A stretch of DNA of 64,000 nt from Marine group II euryarchaeote REDSEA-S42_B7 (GCA_001629255.1 LURZ01000009.1:20876-84875); one strand, 5' to 3'; shown: positions 20,193-30,390, numbered from the stretch's first letter. Made by a program: numbers and translations. Notes: generated by a model from the sequence alone, not told the origin.

Positions 20193-21136
20193 CCTCTTCT
20201 TCTCTTGTAGAGAAAGAATAGTGAAAGCATCAGAATTGCTCCTCCCAAACCTACTCCAATCAACAAACCCTGATTCTCCTCGGTAATGCCAAAGTCTTCA
20301 AGAAATGTTCCATTCACATCCAAACCAACAGATGGAACCACGGTCTCCTTCTCATTAACAGTGAGCGAGAAAGCGAACTCGCTAGAACATCCCCAGTTCG
20401 GATCCGTCATTTCATCTACTACGATTAGACAACCCTCCCATTTGCTCTGAAGATTGGAGGGGGTGGTCAGGACAAAATCACAGTTGACTGAGCCCATAGG
20501 ATTTTCCACTCTACAAGTATCTACAGACATATCATTGAACCCAGAGGGCCACATAGTCTCCTGGCTACTCCCCTTCTCAAGGAGGTGTAGCGAGACTTCC
20601 AGAGAGTTCTCTTCGTTGCTGTCGCAACTGTAAACAACTGAGAACAATACATCTTCTCCCGCCTCAGAGAATATCGCAGAAGGACCGGATGAAGAGCATA
20701 CGGTGTATGGTAGAACTTCCACTTCGATCACATCCTCATCGGAGAACCCAAACACACTCACTGGCACTCCGTTCCACTCAGTGACTACGACACTCACGTT
20801 GATATCATACATCCCGGCTGGAATTTCGCCTGTAGATTCTACAGCAATCTGGAAATCTACAGACTCCCCACCTTCCACAGTCATGCTTCCCGGACCGGCT
20901 ACGTCCAGGTTTCCAGATTGATACGAGATTTCTATACTCTCAGGTCCGGAAGTAGGATTTGTCAGTTCGCAATTAACAATTGCTTGTCTTGTAGAACCAG
21001 GAGATATGTCCAACGTAACCAAATCCTCGCACTCCACATCAGCCTCGGGTAGAATTTGAGCTGAACCAATGGTCGAAAAGCAGCAGATCAGCATCATAGA
21101 GGAAACGAATATGACAGCCTTACGTCGTATTTTCAC
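20189..21136 (-). CDS. Secreted, C-terminally anchored surface protein (Ig-like; resembles the choice-of-anchor T type)
   Basis: Signal peptide, beta-rich Cys-paired domains (ISPGSTRQAIVNCELTNPT...GPGSMTVEGGESVDFQI), C-terminal TM followed by KRRRG. Confidence 0.7.
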   Translation of the reverse strand: MKIRRKAVIFVSSMMLICCFSTIGSAQILPEADVECEDLVTLDISPGSTRQAIVNCELTNPTSGPESIEISYQSGNLDVAGPGSMTVEGGESVDFQIAVESTGEIPAGMYDINVSVVVTEWNGVPVSVFGFSDEDVIEVEVLPYTVCSSSGPSAIFSEAGEDVLFSVVYSCDSNEENSLEVSLHLLEKGSSQETMWPSGFNDMSVDTCRVENPMGSVNCDFVLTTPSNLQSKWEGCLIVVDEMTDPNWGCSSEFAFSLTVNEKETVVPSVGLDVNGTFLEDFGITEENQGLLIGVGLGGAILMLSLFFLYKRRRG

Positions 21137-21244
21137 AATAATTCCTGAGTTTTAACTATCATAGACATTCGTATCTTTTACCAACAATTGGTGCGTTTTG
21201 CCTCCTCAAAGCATTCATGTCAGCCCTTCGTGCCGGAAACCCTC

Positions 21245-22810
21245 ATGGGAGGGGACTCAGATGGACCCAAGGTCGCAATCACCTCACGAAGCACCAAGGT
21301 CACCAGCAGTACAGAGGTCCAAGAGAAACTCATCGTCGCAGCGAGAGTATTCTCTGATCTTCTGAAGCCAACATTCGGACCCAGAGGTCTAGATAAGATG
21401 CTCTACAAGACGGACGGTACCACAGCAGTCACCAACGACGGAGCGAAGATAGTGGCTGAGCTTCTGGTAAGGCACCCTGCTGCCAAGATGATGGTCTCGA
21501 TGGCAGAGTCGCAAGAGGAGGACTGCGGTGACGGGGTAACAACCACGATGCTACTCTGCGGTTCACTGCTAATCGAGGCGAATAACCTATTCAGGAAGGG
21601 CCTCCACCCTCTAACCCTGGTCGATGGATACGAATTATCACTCCAGACCGCTAGATTACAGATAGAGTCAGACCTGAGAAAATGCGATGACAAGAAGCTA
21701 TTGGAAGTGGCCAAGACGTCTCTCAGTGGTAAAGTTGCAGACACCGCCCTCGGGTTCTTCCCACCTCTAATTGTCAAGGCTCTCAGCACAGTGTTAGACA
21801 ACAGGGGAGAGGCATCCGCCCAACACGTTTCCATGTTCAAGAGCGGAACTGGGAGCATCAGGGACTCTCGATTGGTAAACGGGATTATCCTCCGTAGACG
21901 AGTACTGATGGACAACCTACCCAACGACTTACGAGATGCGAAGGTGGTATGTCTAAACGGAGAACTGAAGATTAGAGAAATGTCCAGAGATGCAGAAATG
22001 AAAATCACGAGTGCTGACGACTTGGAATCTTTCATCGAAGCCGAGAAGTACCGGAAGGAGGAAATTTCCAGAAGTATCCTCGAATCTGGTGCAAGGGTAG
22101 TTCTTTGCTCCGGTGAGATCGACAAGGACGTCCTTCATATGCTCTGCCAGAAATCTGTTCTAGTCGTGGAAGGACTGGACTCTTCTGAATTGAGAAACGC
22201 TTCTGGTGCAACGGGAGCTAGGATAGTAGAAAGCCCGCTAGATATAGAGGAGTCTGACCTGGGGCAGTGCGGTAGCGCGTCATGGGAGAGGAAGCCAGCC
22301 ACTAATGAGGTAGAAGACGTGATTCGGATTGAGGGATGCCCAAACCCATCAGTTGTGACTATAGAGATAGGAGGTGCAGGTGAGACAGGTACAGAGGAGG
22401 TAATCAGAGGAATACACGACTCGCTCAGATCTACTTCCTTAGCACTGAATGACTACGTCCTTCCGGGCGCAGGATCTATCCACAGCAGAATAGCTCATGC
22501 AGTTAGATTGGCTTCAGAGAAACAGTCAGGGAGGGAGAGACTTGCAATGGAGGCGTTTTCTAGAGCCATGGAGACGATTCCCTCCACACTTGTTGAGAAC
22601 GCTGGAGGGGAGCCGCTGGACCGTATTCTGGAACTAAGATCTACATCATTGGAGGAGCCTCCCGTTGGAATTTCCGAGGACGGAAAGAAATGGGTAGTGG
22701 AAAGGGTTTGGCACCCTAGGTCAGTAATTGAGAACTCCTTGCAATCGGCCACCGAGACGGCAATGGGGATGCTACGAATAGATCAGGTCATTTCAGCTAG
22801 GGGCGAATAG
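21245..22810 (+). CDS. Thermosome / group II chaperonin subunit (divergent)
   Basis: TFGPRGLDKML, TNDGAKI, HPAAKM, GDGVTT, LRIDQVI. Confidence 0.92.
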   Translation: MGGDSDGPKVAITSRSTKVTSSTEVQEKLIVAARVFSDLLKPTFGPRGLDKMLYKTDGTTAVTNDGAKIVAELLVRHPAAKMMVSMAESQEEDCGDGVTTTMLLCGSLLIEANNLFRKGLHPLTLVDGYELSLQTARLQIESDLRKCDDKKLLEVAKTSLSGKVADTALGFFPPLIVKALSTVLDNRGEASAQHVSMFKSGTGSIRDSRLVNGIILRRRVLMDNLPNDLRDAKVVCLNGELKIREMSRDAEMKITSADDLESFIEAEKYRKEEISRSILESGARVVLCSGEIDKDVLHMLCQKSVLVVEGLDSSELRNASGATGARIVESPLDIEESDLGQCGSASWERKPATNEVEDVIRIEGCPNPSVVTIEIGGAGETGTEEVIRGIHDSLRSTSLALNDYVLPGAGSIHSRIAHAVRLASEKQSGRERLAMEAFSRAMETIPSTLVENAGGEPLDRILELRSTSLEEPPVGISEDGKKWVVERVWHPRSVIENSLQSATETAMGMLRIDQVISARGE

Positions 22811-22850
22811 CGACCACGAACCTTCAAGCCTCCTTCACACACGGGTTCCC

Positions 22851-24434
22851 ATGGAGCGACCCACAGCGCTGATCAGCGTCTGGGACAAAACCGGAATCGA
22901 AGAACTGGCTGCATCATTACAATCCATGGGCTGGGCAATCCTATCGACGGGTGGAACCGCAACCAGACTCAGAGATTCGGGAATCGAAGTAATGGATGTA
23001 TCCGAAGCTACCGGTCACCCTGAGATATTCGATGGCAGGGTCAAGACCCTACACCCCGCGGTCCACGGAGGGATACTTGCCAGACGCGATTCGAAACAGG
23101 ATATGGAAAAACTGGTGGAAATGGGATATGGGTCAATAGAAATGGTATGCGTAAACCTGTATCCTTTCGAAGAAACCGCCGCGCGAGACCCCCCGGCAAG
23201 CGAACAAGAACTGATTGAGATGATTGATATTGGTGGACCGGCGATGGTGAGATCGGCGGCAAAGAACCATTCAGACGTCATTGTAATCACACACCCAGAT
23301 CAGCATAGATCGGTACTGGAAGCGCTTTCGAAAACCGAAGGGAACCCCTCTGGGGTCGATTTGGGGTTGAGGAGGGACTTGGCAATATCTGCATTCCAAT
23401 CTACCGCAGCTTACGACTCTGCGGTTTCTAACGAGTTGTGGGGAAGATTCACAGAAAGTACGATACCAAATAGAATTCTGACGACCTCAGATCAGGGTGT
23501 AGAACTAAGGTATGGGGAGAATCCTCACCAACCGGCTTCTTTCTTCCCATCTCCTGGGGCGCCAAGAGGGCTCTCAAGAGCAGTTCAACATGGTGGCAAA
23601 CCCCTCTCATACAACAACTACTTGGATCTCGACGCCGCGCTGAGGCTAGTCAGGTCTATTTCGCAGACTTGCGATTTCGGTACTCACTCTTGTGTAGTCA
23701 TCAAGCACACAAATCCCTGTGGGGCCTCTATCTCCGAGAATCAGGTTTCTGCCTGGGAAAACTCTCTGGCCAGCGACCCAGAGAGCGCATTCGGATGCGT
23801 GATCGCATTCGATCAGGTGGTTGAGAGAGAAACCGCCGAGTCAATCGGAAATCACTTCTTTGAATGTATGATTGCACCGGGTTACGAATCGGATGCCTTG
23901 GAGATTCTCTCTGAGAGCAAGAATAGGAGAATTCTGACTCTTGATCCATTAGGCGAACTTACAGATGAACCGAAGATTCGACAAGTACAGGGAGGTTGGC
24001 TATCTCAAATCCAAGGCATTCCTAACATCGATTGGGAAAATGTAAGCCATGTTACCGAAAAGATGCTTGACGGGGACGAGCTAAATCTGGCTAGGTTCGG
24101 TACCTCCGTGATTGCCGAAGTCCAGTCTAATGCGATTATTCTAGTAGTTAAGACAGAGAATGGTTACTCTACCGTGGGAGTCGGTCCCGGGCAGACTAGT
24201 CGGGTGGAGTCAGTCCGAATAGCGGCAAGGAGGGCGGGTGAAAGAGCAAAGGGAGCCATGATGATATCCGATGCCTTCTTTCCCTTCCGCGATGGGATAG
24301 ACACATCAAATGAAATCGGGATTACCAGTATTGTGCAACCAGGAGGCTCAATTCGTGACGATGAAGTAATTGAGGCCGCTAACCAGCATGATATGGCAAT
24401 GATATTTACAGGAATCCGCCTTTTTAGGCATTAG
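22851..24434 (+). CDS. purH: Bifunctional AICAR transformylase/IMP cyclohydrolase
   Basis: ALISVWDKTG, GRVKTLHP, IDIGGP, LRYGENPHQ, KHTNPCG, SDAFFPFRD, GIRLFRH. Confidence 0.97.
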   Translation: MERPTALISVWDKTGIEELAASLQSMGWAILSTGGTATRLRDSGIEVMDVSEATGHPEIFDGRVKTLHPAVHGGILARRDSKQDMEKLVEMGYGSIEMVCVNLYPFEETAARDPPASEQELIEMIDIGGPAMVRSAAKNHSDVIVITHPDQHRSVLEALSKTEGNPSGVDLGLRRDLAISAFQSTAAYDSAVSNELWGRFTESTIPNRILTTSDQGVELRYGENPHQPASFFPSPGAPRGLSRAVQHGGKPLSYNNYLDLDAALRLVRSISQTCDFGTHSCVVIKHTNPCGASISENQVSAWENSLASDPESAFGCVIAFDQVVERETAESIGNHFFECMIAPGYESDALEILSESKNRRILTLDPLGELTDEPKIRQVQGGWLSQIQGIPNIDWENVSHVTEKMLDGDELNLARFGTSVIAEVQSNAIILVVKTENGYSTVGVGPGQTSRVESVRIAARRAGERAKGAMMISDAFFPFRDGIDTSNEIGITSIVQPGGSIRDDEVIEAANQHDMAMIFTGIRLFRH

Positions 24435-24442
24435 GTGAGTAC

Positions 24443-24832
24443 CTGAATTGGAAGCAAATCCTCTCCAGCGGAGCGGTATCCGGCGGAATGATTGCTATCT
24501 TGATGCTTCTACTTCTTTCTTTAGGTGATATGATATTCGAGTCATGCGGCAGTGCGGCAATCGGCTTTCTTTGTATAGCCCTATTGCCCCCAATTCTAAC
24601 TCAGAAAATATGGGAGGAAAAACTCAATGTGAGACTTAGTCTATATCACCTCGTTCCAACCTCTTTTGGAACGTTCGTTTTTCCTGTATTCGGTGCAACT
24701 TTTGGGGGCCCATCACTTGACGAGTATTCATATTGGCTATTGCTCATCCCATTCGCCGCCTTGGGCGGCCTCTTCTGGAGCCTACCTTTTGCTGGATGGA
24801 ACTACTACAAATCATCAAGAAACTCTGAGTGA
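24443..24832 (+). CDS. Hypothetical membrane protein (possible CTG start at 24443; first ATG at 24488)
   Basis: About 4 hydrophobic segments; frame open upstream to a CTG preceded by AGGTGA. Confidence 0.6.
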   Translation: MNWKQILSSGAVSGGMIAILMLLLLSLGDMIFESCGSAAIGFLCIALLPPILTQKIWEEKLNVRLSLYHLVPTSFGTFVFPVFGATFGGPSLDEYSYWLLLIPFAALGGLFWSLPFAGWNYYKSSRNSE

Positions 24833-24865
24833 AAACCATCATACAGCGGGGTTCGATGCACCACT

Positions 24866-25903
24866 GTGTCCAACCCGTCCCAACCACGTTCTAATACCTA
24901 TGAAGACTTGGTATCGGCCATAGGCAATACGCCCCTCATTCGATTGAATAGAATTACGGAGGAACTGAGAAAATCTTCCGTCTGGGTCAAGCTTGAGAGA
25001 TGTAACCCGGGAGGATCGATAAAGGATAGAATCGGTTTGCAGATGGTTCTAGATGCTGAGGAGAAAGGACTACTGAAACCAGGAGGGACAATTGTAGAGG
25101 GAACATCTGGAAACACTGGAATAGGGCTAGCAATGGTTGCTGCACAGCGGGGTTATCGCTGCATCTTCACCATGGCAGATAAAATGAGTAAGGAGAAGAT
25201 AGACCTCCTACGGGCTATGGGAGCTGAGGTTCACGTCTGTCCGACCGCAGTAGAGAAGGAGGATCCCCGTTCGTACTACGAAGTAGCTGCTCGACTGGCA
25301 AGAGAGATACCTGGAGCCTGGTATCCCGACCAATACTCGCACAAGGCGAATCCATTGACTCACTACCTCTCAACAGGACCGGAGATTTGGGAGCAGACTC
25401 AGGGAAAGATAACCCACTTCGTAGCCACTATGGGAACTGGTGGGACGATTTCTGGCACCTCCAAGTCATTGAAGGAGATGGCCGAGTCAAATGGATCAGA
25501 ACCACCAAAGATCGTTGGGGTCGACGCAGTTGGCTCTATTCTCAAACAATGGTTCGAAGAGGGGACCATGGGGCAGCCAGACACGTACAAGGTCGAAGGA
25601 TTCGGAGAGGATTTTATCCCATCTGCAACCGATTTCTCTGTAATTGACGAGATTCGTCAGGTCGATGACGGAGAGTGCTTCCAATGGGCGAGAGCCCTTG
25701 CAAGGAGGGAGGGGATGTTCTGCGGAGGCTCATGTGGGGGCTCGATCAAGGTGGCTATCGATATTGCCAATGAGGCAGAGGAAAATGGTGAGGAAGCCAT
25801 GGTGGTCGCAGTTCTCCCAGATGCCGGTAATCCATATCTTTCGAAGTTCTATAACGACGACTGGCTTAGAGAGAACGGTTGGGAGCCAGACGAGTGGGAA
25901 TAA
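24866..25903 (+). CDS. Cystathionine beta-synthase / cysteine synthase family
   Basis: IGNTPL, NPGGSIKDR (PLP Lys), EGTSGNTGIGLA, MADKMSKEK, GTGGTISG, YKVEGFGEDF, YLSKFYND (CBS-like). Confidence 0.92.
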   Translation: MSNPSQPRSNTYEDLVSAIGNTPLIRLNRITEELRKSSVWVKLERCNPGGSIKDRIGLQMVLDAEEKGLLKPGGTIVEGTSGNTGIGLAMVAAQRGYRCIFTMADKMSKEKIDLLRAMGAEVHVCPTAVEKEDPRSYYEVAARLAREIPGAWYPDQYSHKANPLTHYLSTGPEIWEQTQGKITHFVATMGTGGTISGTSKSLKEMAESNGSEPPKIVGVDAVGSILKQWFEEGTMGQPDTYKVEGFGEDFIPSATDFSVIDEIRQVDDGECFQWARALARREGMFCGGSCGGSIKVAIDIANEAEENGEEAMVVAVLPDAGNPYLSKFYNDDWLRENGWEPDEWE

Positions 25904-27079
25904 TCACACCTTTTCGAAGGCCTTCTCCAAATCAGCAATCAGGTCATTTGGGTCTTCGATTCCCACAGAGAGCCTGACCAGGCCGTCTTCAAACCCTCTA
26001 GCCAAACGCTCCTCTTTAGGAACTTCTGCATGAGTCATAGTTGCAGGATGGGTGATCATAGTCTCTACAGCACCTAAGCTCTCGGCAAGGAGGCACAACT
26101 CGACCGAATTCATTAATTTCTTACCAGCCTCCAATCCTCCCTCCAACTCGAAAGAGATCATCCCACTGTACCCTTTCATCTGACTTTTGGCAACGTGGTG
26201 CATAGGATGCGATTCCAATCCAGGATAAACCACCTTGGATACCTTCGGATGTTCCTCTAAGTAGGACGCTATCTTCTCCGCATTATCCCAATGTCTCTGC
26301 ATCCTCAGATGAAGGGTCTTCAGACCCATAATCACCAACCAGCAATCGAACGGGCTAGGGACAGCTCCAACGCTCTTCTGGATATACTTCAACTGATCAT
26401 ATAAATCGTCTCTATCGGTAATTATTGCACCCCCGATAATCTGGTTATGTCCACTCAGATACTTCGTGGTACTGTGAAGCACCAGATCAGCCCCATACTC
26501 CAGAGGCCTGAGGAAAACCGGGGTCGCGAAAGTGGTGTCCACAACGTAAAGCAGGTCATTACTCCTCGCGATCTTCCCTACAGCCTCTAGATCTGTCACC
26601 TTCAAAAGTGGATTTGTTGGAGTTTCTACCCACACCATCTTCGTCTCTGGACGTATAGCCTTCTGGACATTCTCCGCCACTTGTGAGTCGACATAGGTGA
26701 ATTCGACACCGTAGTTCGTCATCAGGTTGTTGAAAAGTCTGGCAGTCCCGCCGTATACGTCATCGCAGCAGACAACGTGATCGCCCTGTCTTAGAAGCTT
26801 CATACAACTATCCGCACTTGCCATTCCACTGGAGAAAGCAATCCCATACTTGCCTCCCTCCAAAGCGGCCAAGTGCTCCTCCAGATCCTGCCTAGTGGGA
26901 TTGGATGAGCGAGTGTAGTCGAACCCCTTGTCGACCCCTATCTCCTCCAATACATAGGTCGCAGTCTGGTATATCGGGGGTACTATCGCACCCGTTGTCG
27001 GGTCTGGCTTGCTCTTGCCTCTTACTGAGATTGTATCAAAGTCCATGTTTCTCAACATCATCGGATTGGTCATCTGCAA
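25904..27079 (-). CDS. Cystathionine gamma-lyase/synthase
   Basis: YTRSSNPTR, ETPTNPLLK, HSTTKYLSGH, AESLGAVETM, RLSVGIED. Start uncertain. Confidence 0.92.
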   Translation of the reverse strand: MQMTNPMMLRNMDFDTISVRGKSKPDPTTGAIVPPIYQTATYVLEEIGVDKGFDYTRSSNPTRQDLEEHLAALEGGKYGIAFSSGMASADSCMKLLRQGDHVVCCDDVYGGTARLFNNLMTNYGVEFTYVDSQVAENVQKAIRPETKMVWVETPTNPLLKVTDLEAVGKIARSNDLLYVVDTTFATPVFLRPLEYGADLVLHSTTKYLSGHNQIIGGAIITDRDDLYDQLKYIQKSVGAVPSPFDCWLVIMGLKTLHLRMQRHWDNAEKIASYLEEHPKVSKVVYPGLESHPMHHVAKSQMKGYSGMISFELEGGLEAGKKLMNSVELCLLAESLGAVETMITHPATMTHAEVPKEERLARGFEDGLVRLSVGIEDPNDLIADLEKAFEKV

Positions 27080-27091
27080 AAAGAGTTTGAG

Positions 27092-27583
27092 TCAGCCTAT
27101 TTCTCTGATTCTAACTCTAGTTGCCACGTAATACATACCGTAAAGCCCGACTAGGATAATGGTCACAGCTCCATATCCCGGATCTGCACCATTCCATGAG
27201 GATGGCTCGAAAATTTCTCCATCGCCAAGTGTAGAAACCTTCCAGACGAGGGTCGCCGAAGCTGCAGACATCAACCCAATAAGCACAATGATCGCCACTT
27301 TTGCATGACTCGGCACCGTCTTTCCAGTTGCATAGTAATCGAACATCGCAGAGCCGAAGAACCGATTCGTAAGAGTCCACCTGAACATTCTCTCGCTGGA
27401 GTATGAGAAGAGGAAGGCCGCTGGTACAGCCCAAGAAACCGTAGGCCATCCTGGAACCCAAAGGCCGATTATAGCGAAACCTATGAACATAAATCCTAAC
27501 CCCAGGTATAAACGACTCAGAAAGGGATTGCTGGATACGCAATATCTCTCAACAATCTCGTCAATGGTGGCTGTTCTTTCCAT
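27092..27583 (-). CDS. YbaN (DUF454) family membrane protein
   Basis: IGLWVPGWPTV...AAFLFSYSSERMFRW...NRFFG pattern. Confidence 0.8.
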   Translation of the reverse strand: MERTATIDEIVERYCVSSNPFLSRLYLGLGFMFIGFAIIGLWVPGWPTVSWAVPAAFLFSYSSERMFRWTLTNRFFGSAMFDYYATGKTVPSHAKVAIIVLIGLMSAASATLVWKVSTLGDGEIFEPSSWNGADPGYGAVTIILVGLYGMYYVATRVRIREIG

Positions 27584-27665
27584 GAACTACATCCACTGGT
27601 AGCCCCGCCTTCGTTTAAGTTTGAGTAATCCGAAGACTCAAGCGGAAACTCCTCACCAGAAAGGC

Positions 27666-28313
27666 ATGGGAGCACCATTCGTTCTACCTAGAGCCGCTTC
27701 TATCGAAGAGCCTCTGAGGTTGGCCGTTCTGATTTCAGGAGGCGGATCGGGACTGTCTTCCATATTGTCGTTCCAATCTTCCAAGCCTAGGAGTCATCGG
27801 ACGGTTTTGGTAATTGCAGATAGTGAAAATGCCGGAGGACTAGAGCATGGAAGGAGTGCAGGAATCGCCACGATGGGAATCCCACTTCCGCTGGGACTGC
27901 AGAGCACCGAGCGTCGTCTAGCCCATGAGAGTATGATTCTACGACAACTCAAATCTTCCGGTGTTGAACTAGTTGTTCTCAGTGGGTATATGAGAATCCT
28001 GACACCATCTTTCGTAGCAATATGGAAGGGAAGGCTGCTGAATATTCATCCCTCTCTACTTCCAGATTTCCCTGGGGCGCATGCTCACCGAGACGCACTG
28101 GCTGCAGGTGTGAAAACCACGGGGTGTACCGTACATCTGGTTGATGAGGGCGTTGATTCAGGCCCCATTCTCGCTCAAAGAGAAGTTCCCATTCTCCCTG
28201 ACGACGATGAGGAGTCACTCCAGAAAAGAGTTAGGAAGGTCGAGCATACTCTATATCCCGAGATTATCGATCTTCTCTGCAATGGGGGGGTTTCACTAGA
28301 GGTCCTCGGGTGA
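27666..28313 (+). CDS. purN: Phosphoribosylglycinamide formyltransferase
   Basis: AVLISGGGS, LSGYMRIL, NIHPSLLPDFPG, GCTVHLVDEGVDSGPI. Confidence 0.95.
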   Translation: MGAPFVLPRAASIEEPLRLAVLISGGGSGLSSILSFQSSKPRSHRTVLVIADSENAGGLEHGRSAGIATMGIPLPLGLQSTERRLAHESMILRQLKSSGVELVVLSGYMRILTPSFVAIWKGRLLNIHPSLLPDFPGAHAHRDALAAGVKTTGCTVHLVDEGVDSGPILAQREVPILPDDDEESLQKRVRKVEHTLYPEIIDLLCNGGVSLEVLG

Positions 28314-28850
28314 GTTCACATTCCGAAGGATTTCAGGCCTTTCAATTAGTATCGAATGCTTGACATCTGCGAACTGCGCTCTGAGGGACCTCCTGTCAGA
28401 ATGTAAGATTCGTAAAACGTCCTCGCTCCGAATCAATGCTAGGAGAGGGTGGGACACCTCTCCATCATGGGGCATGATTAGGGCATTATCATCATCCAAA
28501 CCCTCCTGCAGAGAGATGAACAACTCCTCTGTCACCCAGGGGTAGTCTACTGCCGCTAGCTGTAGGATTTCACCGCATCCAGAGTCTAGAAGCGCCTCCT
28601 CAATAGCATCAATCGGACCAGCATGAGTTCTGGCATCCAAAACCCATTCTACATCTGCGTCCGGGCCTACTACGCTTCCATATTTCTCGATGTCTTCAGG
28701 ATTAGCCACAGCGATTCTGATTGGCTCCAATCCTGCAAGAGTCAGTGCCTTGACTACTCTCGAAATCATTGAACGGCCGTCTACCTCAATCATCGCCTTA
28801 TCTATCCCCATCCTAGAGGACTTTCCCCCTGCAAGCAATAGAGACTGCAT
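28296..28850 (-). CDS. mobA: Molybdenum cofactor guanylyltransferase MobA-like
   Basis: LLAGGKSSRMGIDKA, GPI, AVDYP, HPLLA, NVNSPEDL. Confidence 0.85.
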   Translation of the reverse strand: MQSLLLAGGKSSRMGIDKAMIEVDGRSMISRVVKALTLAGLEPIRIAVANPEDIEKYGSVVGPDADVEWVLDARTHAGPIDAIEEALLDSGCGEILQLAAVDYPWVTEELFISLQEGLDDDNALIMPHDGEVSHPLLALIRSEDVLRILHSDRRSLRAQFADVKHSILIERPEILRNVNSPEDL

Positions 28851-28854
28851 AAGC

Positions 28855-29064
28855 TCACCTTAGCTCGTCAAGCCGCTTTAATGCATGATCAATCTCTTCC
28901 ATTAAATCCAATGCACGGTTTATGAGCATCTCTCGATCCTTCCTTGCAGTGGTTCCTATTAGCCACTCCATTAACTGGGCAATATCTTGGGCATCTCTCT
29001 TGATTGTCCACTCTAGAACTTCCTCTGCTACGGGGTCATCCGATGGCAGTAGGCGCTCGACCAT
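28855..29064 (-). CDS. Small helical hypothetical protein
   Basis: MVERLLPSDDPVAEEV...; start moved to ATG 29064 to avoid overlap. Confidence 0.65.
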   Translation of the reverse strand: MVERLLPSDDPVAEEVLEWTIKRDAQDIAQLMEWLIGTTARKDREMLINRALDLMEEIDHALKRLDELR

Positions 29065-29101
29065 GGCAATCACGAAGGCTAAGGACGAATTAGTACTATG
29101 G

Positions 29102-29746
29102 TTAGAGTTCCGAAAACCTGTCTCTGATACGGCCAAGAAGAGTATCGCCGTCTGGGACATCTACATCAAGGAGTAGTGCAATAACTTCCGGAGGGATGTC
29201 TAGACCCGAGTTTAGGCTAGCGAACGCTGATATAAGCGCTAGATGAGTCTGTACCATCCTACCAGAGCACCATGATCTATACTGCATATTACTTGGCCCT
29301 CCATGACCTGCTCTAAGTACCTCCTCTATACTCAGCAGGAGCGCATCTGCAGGCTCCTTGGTATTAATCAATGAAGACAGTATATCCCATGGGTCAGTAC
29401 CAGCTGCCTGGTGGTCCAAATTCGCTAGAAGCAGTGCAGAGAGAGCAACATCCTCTCTTCCGTGCCTGGACCACAGCTCTCGTATCAGTCTCCATAGCAC
29501 GTCCTGATTGCCCTCAGCATATGTAATCAGCCAGGAAGCAATTCTTCTGAGGATGTCATCCGGTGTTCCAAGGTGGAAAGAGTACCCGGCAGACGCTCCT
29601 AGTCTATCTGTACTTGATTTCATGATCAATGCTGGCACCCCTATCGGGTATGCCTCACGAACTACTCTAGCTAACTTCCTGTGTGATTTGTGTACTCTCT
29701 TCGGTTGGCTCTCAAGGAACTCATCAAGTACCAATACTCCACTCAT
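29102..29746 (-). CDS. Hypothetical protein, possibly AlkD-like HEAT-repeat DNA alkylation repair fold
   Basis: HLGTPDDILRRIA and RELWSRHGREDVALSALLL resemble AlkD-family segments. Confidence 0.55.
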   Translation of the reverse strand: MSGVLVLDEFLESQPKRVHKSHRKLARVVREAYPIGVPALIMKSSTDRLGASAGYSFHLGTPDDILRRIASWLITYAEGNQDVLWRLIRELWSRHGREDVALSALLLANLDHQAAGTDPWDILSSLINTKEPADALLLSIEEVLRAGHGGPSNMQYRSWCSGRMVQTHLALISAFASLNSGLDIPPEVIALLLDVDVPDGDTLLGRIRDRFSEL

Positions 29747-29779
29747 TTCAACTACTGATTCCTTATTGGCAATTTGACG

Positions 29780-30268
29780 CTATCGACGAACAACTCGCTC
29801 CAGTAGCTGTGAAGAGATCTGTCTTAGCGCATCTCCAGTCTCGTTCAGACGGACTCGATACTCGTCTATGAAGGACCGATGGACTATTTCCTCTAACTGC
29901 CGATCCAGACTTCTTGCAATAGCCCTGTGCTCGGACTCCTCAATAGCGAACATTTTTCTAAGATATGCAATTTGAGCAATCACCTCTTCTGAACGATCTG
30001 TGTGGATCAGCATTGCTTCCAGCACTTGGCCGTATACTAGTATCTTCTCGCTATGCCCTAACCTATCTCCACTGGTCATGTCCGTCTCTCCAGATAGAAT
30101 AGCATCGTAAATCCGCTTGGGCTCGTCCTCCTGGAGCCTCAAGGCGTGTGCTAGCTTCACCAAGATTCTCTTCTCTCCATTAGAAAGCTGGCCATCTCTA
30201 AGAGCCAGTATAGATGCGTTCATGAACACTTGAGACCGATCATCCTCGAGCCAGGACTCTTCCACCAC
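29780..30268 (-). CDS. TerB-like domain protein
   Basis: LALRDGQLSNGEKRILVKLAHALRL TerB-type motif and a second degenerate repeat; GTG start at 30268. Confidence 0.65.
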   Translation of the reverse strand: MVEESWLEDDRSQVFMNASILALRDGQLSNGEKRILVKLAHALRLQEDEPKRIYDAILSGETDMTSGDRLGHSEKILVYGQVLEAMLIHTDRSEEVIAQIAYLRKMFAIEESEHRAIARSLDRQLEEIVHRSFIDEYRVRLNETGDALRQISSQLLERVVRR

Positions 30269-30390
30269 GAACTCCGATATACATACTAGACTTAACCACT
30301 GGGTATACTGTCTCAGAAAAGAACCCATGATAAACAGGAGGATTCATGAATACCTCTATCGCCGGATGTACTGCTTATCAGCCCACTCGC

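Noticed and set aside
21403..22125. 240-aa minus-strand ORF
   Set aside because: Shadow of the thermosome gene; Ser/Leu-rich antisense composition.
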